From positions 18,536-82,535 of the IMG/VR virus record IMGVR_UViG_3300021495_000001: a stretch of DNA of 64,000 nucleotides. The stretch is one strand, 5' to 3'. This document shows positions 63,501 through 64,000 of the stretch, one piece after another. This stretch comes from a virus. A program made the position numbers and the translations under genes. A model generated the notes under the pieces. It was not told the DNA's origin. It made no database searches and saw nothing but the letters and a program-made list of their open reading frames with translations. Positions within the stretch are counted from its first letter, which is position 1. Each line of letters starts with the position of its first letter.

Positions 63501-64000
63501 CCCAACTCCTCTCTTCCTGCCTCTCCTACCCCACTTAAATCTGCTACCAATCCTCTAGTCTCTTTTCTTATGTCACGGATATCTGCTACAATGGAGGAGG
63601 CTGTTTCTCTTATTCTAGCATCTAACTTAACCTCTTCCATCTTTCCTTCTAAACCTTCTAGCTCCTTCTTAATCTCCTCATAGGCGCTCTTCCTCTTCCC
63701 TATCTCCTTAACATAATTTTTCAAATCCTCTGTAGCTTCTTTAATCACATCCTTGTCCCTGCTAACCAATGCGAAAAACAAAGCCATAGTCTTTACTATG
63801 ACAGTAAGAGAGTCCTTCAAAATTCTCACACTATCAATAGTAATCCCAATAGCCTTAGCTGAGGCTTCCATCGCCCCCACAATGGCCTCACCTACTCTAA
63901 GTGCCCACTCATCCAGCTTTCCCTCTCTCTGCAACTCCTGTATACGGTCATTCAATGCAGTTAGAAAAGCTGTCACTTCATTGTACGCCCCCTGCTTCAT
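60518..64000 (-). CDS. Tail tape measure protein (5' end probably beyond window)
   Basis: At least 1160 aa, reading frame open to the window edge. Long coiled-coil segments plus a Gly/Ala-rich hydrophobic core (GGVGAAAAMFTGHPMIATATIV). Followed by Dit-like and fibre genes. Confidence 0.8.
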   Translation of the reverse strand: MKQGAYNEVTAFLTALNDRIQELQREGKLDEWALRVGEAIVGAMEASAKAIGITIDSVRILKDSLTVIVKTMALFFALVSRDKDVIKEATEDLKNYVKEIGKRKSAYEEIKKELEGLEGKMEEVKLDARIRETASSIVADIRDIRKETRGLVADLSGVGEAGREELGKLEKAAESIVEDIRGVYGEMEKQAEAVWKATRTPLERYQEEVKKLNKLLEAGMISQETYVRGITSAWERYGEKVREVNEEIKKSGGEVEEVYLSVWYEIRQNIADFLDQAMQGFASFRDFANSVWVAIRRSLSSALAEMLTDWLKSMRSMAGGARGLLGTLGTAAYGIAGMVRGEPWRAVGGVGAAAAMFTGHPMIATATIVSAEIARAIFKGRVEWVGVGAGAAGIPTVPVGMEKTWWGLGFGMGWLEEISDVLFGWLGGIFSRKWPTLRGTAELSLKGLSDSLDYVEGYMREIEKYLDEHTEIYAMYKTKFARITIMEKRDVKGSMDEITQAFGSFVDDLVDFYQSILPSTMRFEELPSIKMTFGAGKKNMENLAKQFVNELVSQTYNAWAVPIIEEYNRLLGMDLFEKFGLPRIEELVGGIGHRWNEQMKKLYERLSREVLPSLGVAFTYAKTIMNLVDKYGEGLVNVYKDEIANELVNMLERYKGEVQGLKEEEVKKKAEEFGQTVNEYLSTVVSIIGEIEDIIAQYTLSSFEQNLREIRSWYQEKLAELTSLGLSTERLLLAVTLKIKNLIEQSVIAPLKSLYSSIQQFRLPEPAFISWQVTQLETKWGLIWGDIDALAGRWDELIADASTYFSLLQRQFEFEAQAIRARAEERKAQIRAEVEAQRAVMQERLNGIQEETSALREQKRELESIKEQWKGVIDSIKQRLQELQFGPEAPVQSWAAYQVKWAELVEAARTSPEAAQELIEFSKRYLEVAKIYAPSQYLDIWQQVVSTLQDVQDNAVSEIDLLQTQIDVMERQTEVLENRARDIERSMNNIGSDLSARLAAIDAQAEQQITLLRQEYANRMMAIHDRLREVGEYLAKQIEEQMPEDIRLLTATANWLEKIYNYLTGVPSAQTGGVTTREGLYHLHAGETILPRNTNIKVEIDSDKLGKSIASSLLSAGVTSGSGSQSIHLHIDGREIATVTAEQMRRGHSELIKQVRRVSH

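Noticed and set aside
60819-63683. Plus-strand ORFs (60-139 aa) inside the tape measure gene
   Set aside because: They are antisense Ser/Leu/Ala-rich shadows of a more than 1160-codon open frame.
1-64000. tRNA genes, integrase/repressor lysogeny module, reverse transcriptase/DGR, retron
   Set aside because: I found no cloverleaf-like conserved T-arm (GGTTCGAAT-type) sequence by eye, no tyrosine or serine recombinase motifs, and no YxDD RT motif in any credible ORF. Absence is by visual inspection only; tRNAscan and profile searches should confirm it.

Overview
The window is almost entirely a tailed dsDNA phage genome or viral contig, with no obvious host genes, arranged in three strand blocks. 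(1) Bases 1-8000, minus strand: small and large terminase, a five-gene glycan-tailoring island, a sigma-like factor, and a Mu-type portal that runs off the left edge. (2) Bases 8143-48301, plus strand: an AT-rich early region of small ORFs, then a complete replication and recombination module. That module holds an SNF2 helicase, sigma-like factor, primase, iteron array with initiator, DnaB-like helicase, DNA methyltransferase, sliding clamp, UDG-PolA fusion, clamp loader, gp32-like SSB, RecA/UvsX-like recombinase, resolvase-like nuclease and a split Rad50/Mre11. Next come many small ORFs, a CRISPR-array-less type IV-B (csf1-cas11-csf2-csf3 plus cysH-like) cassette with extra enzymes, and an Amidase_3 endolysin. 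(3) Bases 48420-64000, minus strand: tape measure (partial), a Dit-like protein, a fibre, a beta-helix tailspike, a hub/host-specificity protein, and a separately promoted accessory block. I found no tRNA, rRNA, integrase or CRISPR array. The most interesting item is the phage-borne type IV-B effector cassette, which has a SPOUT-like ORF inserted between csf3 and the cysH-like gene and a P-loop kinase-like gene immediately downstream. Other notable items are a DNA methyltransferase interrupted by a PLP-enzyme-like domain, a RuvC-less IS110-type protein next to a strict 36-bp-period repeat array, a roughly 42-bp promoter-like motif present five times, and a glycosyltransferase/sulfotransferase/methyltransferase island between terminase and portal. 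All family calls rest on motif recognition by eye; no database searches were run.
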